NCBI GenBank assembly: GCA_963761305.1
Contig: CAVXGK010000002.1
Span: 2,304,001 to 2,368,000, forward strand
Direction: 5' to 3'
Source of the DNA: an uncultured Gemmatimonadaceae bacterium
GTDB lineage: Bacteria > Gemmatimonadota > Gemmatimonadetes > Gemmatimonadales > Gemmatimonadaceae
Length of the DNA stretch: 64,000 nt
Shown here piece after piece: positions 58,952-64,000 of the stretch. The position numbers were made by a program, and so were the translations under genes. Position 1 is the first letter of the stretch. Each line of letters starts with the position of its first letter. The notes beneath the pieces are model-generated. The model was not told the DNA's origin. It ran no database searches and was given only the letters and a program-made list of their open reading frames with translations.

Positions 58952-59314
58952 CCACTACCTCCGTTAGAGAGATTTCAACACAGATGCCGCAGATTTGAAC
59001 TGCAATTGCCGCAGATCTGCGGCATTGTCTTTGAAATCTGCGGCATCTGTGTTCAATTCTCTTGGCGAACGCGGTGGCTGGATCGTCGCGTCGACAATTT
59101 TCCAAGTCTGTTAGTTCAGATGTTGCCCGGACGCTTCGAACCGCCGAGGCGTCAGGCGCCGATCTAGCCACGGACTGTGTTCAAGAAAATGCAACGCAGA
59201 TGCCGCAGATCTGAACAGCGATTCCGCAGATCTGCGGCAATTGCAGTTCACATCTGCGGCATCTGCGTTTCAATTTTCTTGACTTAAGTAGTGGCTGGAT
59301 CGCCGCGCAGACAA
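58913..59314. repeat. Tandem duplication (about 216-bp period) carrying a 130-bp palindromic core
   Basis: GGACGCTTCGAACCGCCGAG at 58913 and 59129; cores 58950-59079 and 59166-59296 are built on CAGATGCCGCAGAT...CCGCAGATCTGCGG...ATCTGCGGCATCTG. Confidence 0.9.
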
Positions 59315-59321
59315 ACCTGTT

Positions 59322-60407
59322 TCATCGAACCGGCAGATTGCCTGGCTCGGGGCCGAGCCAGGTTCGAATGGAACCGAAGGGGTCGTCGGGCTTGGATTTG
59401 GCGAGGTCGATGATGCGGGAAATCGCGCGACGGAGGTCGCCGTCTTCGTGCACCCAGATGCGATCGAACAGGTCCAGATCCGTGTTGTAGATTCGGTGCG
59501 CGAGGAGTGCGGCGTTGTCGAGCCGCACGCGAGGCAGGGCCGCCGCGGGAATGGTGCGGAGCTGCGGGCCGAGCGTCGTCACCAGATCGTGTCGCGCGCG
59601 CGCATAGAGTGAGTCGCGCGCCGCAATGCGGGCCAGCGAGTCGGACGGGTGCGCGCGGAACGCCGAGTCGACGCGCGCGTAGAGCGTCGCCCAGAACTGC
59701 GCCAGCAGCTTGTCGTCCGCCCACCGCGCGTCGGCTTGATCGGCCGCCGCCGGTTCGCCGCGCGAGCGGAAGAACCACGCCGACCCGCGCGCACCGACGA
59801 AGCTGGCGAACGATTCGTTGAACACCGCTTGCCCCGACGCGTAAAACGTGTTGTGCGTCAGCTCGTGAATGACCGTGTTCGCGAGGTCGATGGTGTCGGC
59901 GCGCAACGACGTGGACAACAGTGGATCGTTGAACCAGCCGAGCGTGCTGAACGCCGGCGAGGGACGCAGGTAGACGTCGAAACCCTTGCTCGCCAAGTCG
60001 TGTTCCGCCGACTGCGCCGCGCCAAAATCGAAGAACCCCTTGTACGGCACGCGTCCGACGATCGGAAACCACCACGTGTACGGCGTGAGCCGGTCGGGGT
60101 ACGCGCCCGACAGCACGAGGACGAGCGTGTCTCGGTCGAGATGGCTATAGGTCGTGAAACTCTGGCGCGTGCGGAGATGGATCGAGTCGGCCGCAAACGC
60201 GCGCGCCGCCAGCACGAGGCGCAGCTTGGCTGCCGTTTCCGCCGGCGTCGCCGCATCGGCCACGATGGCCTCGATCGAGCGGCGCCGAGCCAGAATCCCG
60301 CCCTCCGCCCACGCCGCGCGGACGAGATACCGCCCGGTCGGCGAAAGGGCGAGCCAAGCAATCAACAGGAGAACGAGAACCGCAAGTACGCGACGGATTC
60401 GACGCAT
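59322..60407 (-). CDS. Putative zinc aminopeptidase (DUF2265-like)
   Basis: N-terminal anchor, WWFPIVGRVPYKGFF, AFSTLGWFNDP, HELTH, FNESFA. Confidence 0.88.
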   Translation of the reverse strand: MRRIRRVLAVLVLLLIAWLALSPTGRYLVRAAWAEGGILARRRSIEAIVADAATPAETAAKLRLVLAARAFAADSIHLRTRQSFTTYSHLDRDTLVLVLSGAYPDRLTPYTWWFPIVGRVPYKGFFDFGAAQSAEHDLASKGFDVYLRPSPAFSTLGWFNDPLLSTSLRADTIDLANTVIHELTHNTFYASGQAVFNESFASFVGARGSAWFFRSRGEPAAADQADARWADDKLLAQFWATLYARVDSAFRAHPSDSLARIAARDSLYARARHDLVTTLGPQLRTIPAAALPRVRLDNAALLAHRIYNTDLDLFDRIWVHEDGDLRRAISRIIDLAKSKPDDPFGSIRTWLGPEPGNLPVR

Positions 60408-60419
60408 TGATGAACTTTA

Positions 60420-60521
60420 GGTGGACCGGTGGACCGGTGGACCGGTAGACCGGGACTGCAAACGGCGATGAACGCGGTTTCGACGCCGTTCGCGGGCGAT
60501 CCACCGGTCCACCCGTCCACC
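60420..60521. repeat. Inverted pair of octamer arrays between divergent genes
   Basis: (GGTGGACC)3 GGTAGACC at 60420-60451; GATCCACC GGTCCACC CGTCCACC at 60498-60521. Confidence 0.88.
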
Positions 60522-60534
60522 GCTATTTTTCGCT

Positions 60535-63500
60535 ATGTCATTCGTCCACCTGCACTGCCACTCCGAATTCTCCCTCCTCGACGGCGCCAATCGGATCGAT
60601 GACCTGATCCGTCGGGCTCAGGAGTTCGAGCAGCCGGCGGTCGCCATCACCGATCACGGCAACCTCCACGCGGCCTGGGAGTTCCAGGAGCACGCCCGCG
60701 CCGCGGGAATCAAGCCGATCATCGGGATGGAGGCCTACGTCGCGCCCGGAGACCGGCGCACCCGCGGCCGGACGACCCCGACAGCCAAGCCCTACTACCA
60801 TTTGATCCTGCTCGCGCGGGACGCCGTCGGCTACAAGAACCTCGTCAAGCTCTCGTCGCTCGCGTACACGGAAGGCTTCTACTCCCGACCGCGCGTCGAC
60901 CGCGAGCTGCTGGCCAAATACAGCGAGGGGTTGATCGTCTCGTCGGCCTGTCTGGCCGGTGAGGTCGCCCAGCATCTCATGGCCGAGGACTACGGCGCGG
61001 CCCGCGAGGCGGCGAGCTGGTACGCCGAGCTGTTCAAGGATCGCTACTACCTCGAGGTGCAGGCGCACGACAGCGAGGGGCAGGCGATCCTCAACCCACG
61101 CGTTTTCGCGCTGGCCACGGAGCTCGGCCTGCCCGTCGTCGCCACCAACGACGCGCACTTCCTCAAGAGCGACGACCACGACGCGCACGACGTCCTGCTC
61201 TGCATCGGGCTCGGCAAGGATCGCAGCGATCCCGACCGGATGCGCTACGATCGCGGGCTCTACTTCAAGAGCGGGCCCGAGATGGCGAAGCAGTTCGCCG
61301 ATCGGCCCGACGTCATCGAGAACACGCTGCGCATCGCCGATCAGATCAACGTCGAGTTCGGGAAGAAGTACCACCTGCCCGCCTTCCCGCTGCCGGCCGG
61401 CGTCGCGACTGAGAACGACCTGCTGATGACGCTCGCCGTCGACGGCGCGAAGGAGCGCTACGGCGACCCGCTCCCCGCCAACGTAAGCGAACGCCTCGAC
61501 TACGAGCTAGGCGTCATTACCAAGACCGGCTACGCCGGCTACTTCCTCATCGTCGCCGACTTCATCAAGGCGGCGCGCGATCGCGGAATTCCCGTCGGAC
61601 CGGGCCGCGGTTCGGCCGCCGGGTCGCTCGTCGCCTACTCGCTGCGCATCACCGACGTCGATCCGCTCTTCTACGATCTGCTGTTCGAGCGTTTTCTCAA
61701 TCCCGAACGCATCTCGATGCCCGACGTCGACGTCGACTTCTGCTTCGAGCGCCGCGGCGAGGTGATCGAGTACGTCCGCCAGAAGTACGGCCGGGAGTCG
61801 GTCTGCCAGATCGTGACGTTCGGGACGATGAAGTCGCGCGCCGCGATCAAGGACGTCGGCCGCACGCTCGGCTTCACGCCCGCGGAAACCGATTCGCTCG
61901 CCAAGCTGATTCCCAACCAGCCGAACTTCTCGCTCACCGTCAAAGAAGCGATCGAGAAGCTCGACGACGTCGGCCGCCTCTACCGCACCGACGAGCGCTA
62001 CCGCCAGCTCCTCGACTACGCCTCGGCGCTGGAAGGACTGTCGCGACATACGGGCGTCCACGCCGCGGGCGTCGTCATCGCGCCGGGACCGGTGGACGAC
62101 TACGTGCCGATCTGCACGCAGTCCACCAAGGGCTCCGGTTCGATCGACGAAGAGCAAGTCATCGTGAGCCAGTACGACATGAACTGTCTCGAGCATGCCG
62201 GAATGCTCAAGATGGATTTCCTCGGGCTCACCACGCTCACCGTCTTGCACGATGCGCTCGTCGCGATCGAACAGCGCCACGGCTCGGCGCCCGACTTGAA
62301 CACGATTCCGATGGACGACCCGCCGGTTTATCAGATGTTGCGCGCAGGACGCACAGTCGGCGTGTTTCAATTCGAATCCCCACTCGCAACCGACCTCCTC
62401 CGAGGAATGCGCTGCGACCGGTTCGACGATCTCGTCGCGTCGAACGCGCTCATGCGACCCGGCCCGCTCGACGCCGGGATGCACCGCGTCTATCAGCGGC
62501 GCAAGCGCGGCGAGGAGCCGGTGACCTACGCGCTCCCGGAGCTCCAGCAGATCCTCGAGCCGACGTACGGCGTCATCACCTATCAGGAGCAGGTGATGCG
62601 AATCGCGCAGTTGTTGGCCGGCATCTCGCTCGCCGAAGCCGACGTGCTGCGCAAAGCGGTCGGCAAGAAGGACGCGGAGCTCATCCGCGTGGAGCTCGGC
62701 AAGTTCGTCGAGAAGTCGGTCGCGCGCGGCTACGACCGGCGGATCATCGAAGAGCTGGCGGGACAGATCGAGACGTTCGGCCGCTACGGCTTCAACAAGT
62801 CGCACTCGGTCGCGTATTCGGTGATCTCCTACCAAACCGCATGGCTCAAGGCGCACTACCCGGCCGAGTTCATGGCGGCGCTACTGTCGTCGTCGATCGG
62901 CGACACGGACAGCGTCGTGAAGTTCATCAACGAGGCGCGCGAGCTGGGAATCGAGGTGCTCGCGCCGGACGTGAACGAGTCGGGCTACAAGTTCACGGTC
63001 ATCGGCGACAAGCGAATCCGTTTCGGGCTGGGCGCCATTCGAAACGTGGGACGATCGGCGATCGATTCGATGCTCGCCGCGCGGGCCGAGAAACCTTTCA
63101 GCTCGTTCTACGACTTCTGCGAGCGTGTGGACCTCCGCCTCTGCAACAAGCGCGTGATCGAAGCGATGATCGCCTCGGGCGCGCTCGACAATCTCGGTGG
63201 CCACCGCGCGCAGTTCGCGGCGGTGCTCGACAGCGCGCTGGCCGAGGCGTCGCTCAAGCAGCAGGAAGCGGCGGTGGGACAGTTCTCGCTGCTCGGCGGC
63301 GTCGACGAGTCGGCCGGGACAGCGGCCAAGCCTCGCGTGTTGCCCAACATCGCGCCCACTCAGCGAATCCGAGCGCCTCACGAAAGAGAAGGAGATCCTC
63401 GGTTTCTATATCTCGGGGCATCCGTTGGAGCCGTTCCGCGTCGAGTGCGAGCTGTTCGCCACGCACACGGTCTCGGAGCTCGGCAAGTGGACGGACCAGC

Positions 63501-64000
63501 CGTTGGCGCTGGGCGTGGTTGTGACCGCTGTCAAGAGGCAAATCAGCAGAAAATCGGGATCTGAGTTTGCGCGGTTGACAGTCGAGGATTTTTCGGGATC
63601 TTCGGAAGTTCTGGTCTTTCCGGAAGCGTGGAGTCTTCTGGCCGACCGGGTGAAGACCGACATACCTGTTCTGCTCAAAGGCAGTTACTCGCGGCGCGAC
63701 CAGGACGCGGACAACCCGACGTTCATCGTCGAATCGCTCACGCCTTTGGTGGAGAAGCGGCTGAATGGCGAGGTGGCGGTGGCGATCGATCTCCAGCTGG
63801 GGGACACACTGACGCCGGACGTGATGCGAGACGTGCGGGTGGTGGTCGAGACGCACGCGACGGCGAACGCCTCATCGCCGCCGCTCGAAGTGCAATGGGT
63901 TGACGGAAGCGGTTCACGCGCGCGGCTCAAGTCGCGCTCGTTGAAGTTGGCGGCGTCGCAAGCCGCGTTGCGCGATCTGCGTCAGTTGCTCGGCGAAGAT
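60535..64000 (+). CDS. dnaE: DNA polymerase III alpha subunit (partial at the window end; frameshift at about 63355-63358)
   Basis: FVHLHCHSEFSLLDGA, GRGSAAGS, PDVDVDF, KMDFLGL, YGFNKSH. The +1 frame continues EKEILGFYISGHPL into the OB-fold and is open to 64000. Confidence 0.96.

Noticed and set aside
58913..59314. CRISPR mini-array or tRNA-derived att site
   Set aside because: Only two long units, no repeat-spacer geometry, no cloverleaf and no integrase nearby.

Overview
A high-GC bacterial chromosomal window of mostly housekeeping genes; the gene repertoire suggests Gemmatimonadota (inference). Left to right: a PTPS-II/SDR/Trm112-like operon preceded by a probable 6S RNA with its own promoter and terminator; a long, mostly translationally coupled minus-strand run containing a nurA-herA-(exported protein)-mre11/sbcD-rad50/sbcC-GNAT module; a DeaD-like protein that has lost its catalytic motifs, coupled to tdk; a four-gene minor-pilin operon with a divergent AraC-like regulator; folE, coaE, gcvH, gcvP and a lipoate-ligase-family gene; an oligopeptide ABC operon and a POT transporter; an Omp85-like protein; several hypotheticals; lipA-pdhABC-lpdA-lipB; a 1027-aa Ig-domain surface lipoprotein; a UvrD-family helicase; an aminopeptidase; and dnaE. 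gcvP and dnaE each carry a frameshift in a homopolymer, probably assembly errors. The most unusual signal is a dispersed octamer repeat, (N)GTCCACC. It usually occurs as exactly 4 units, often ends 5-8 nt before a start codon, forms inverted arm pairs, and has entered protein-coding sequence, including a 180-bp in-frame insert at the LipB N-terminus. Other short-unit repeats (7-, 13- and 21-mers) and a duplicated palindrome with an inverted core are also present. No tRNA, rRNA, CRISPR array, transposase or integrase was recognised. All calls are from manual reading; no searches were run.
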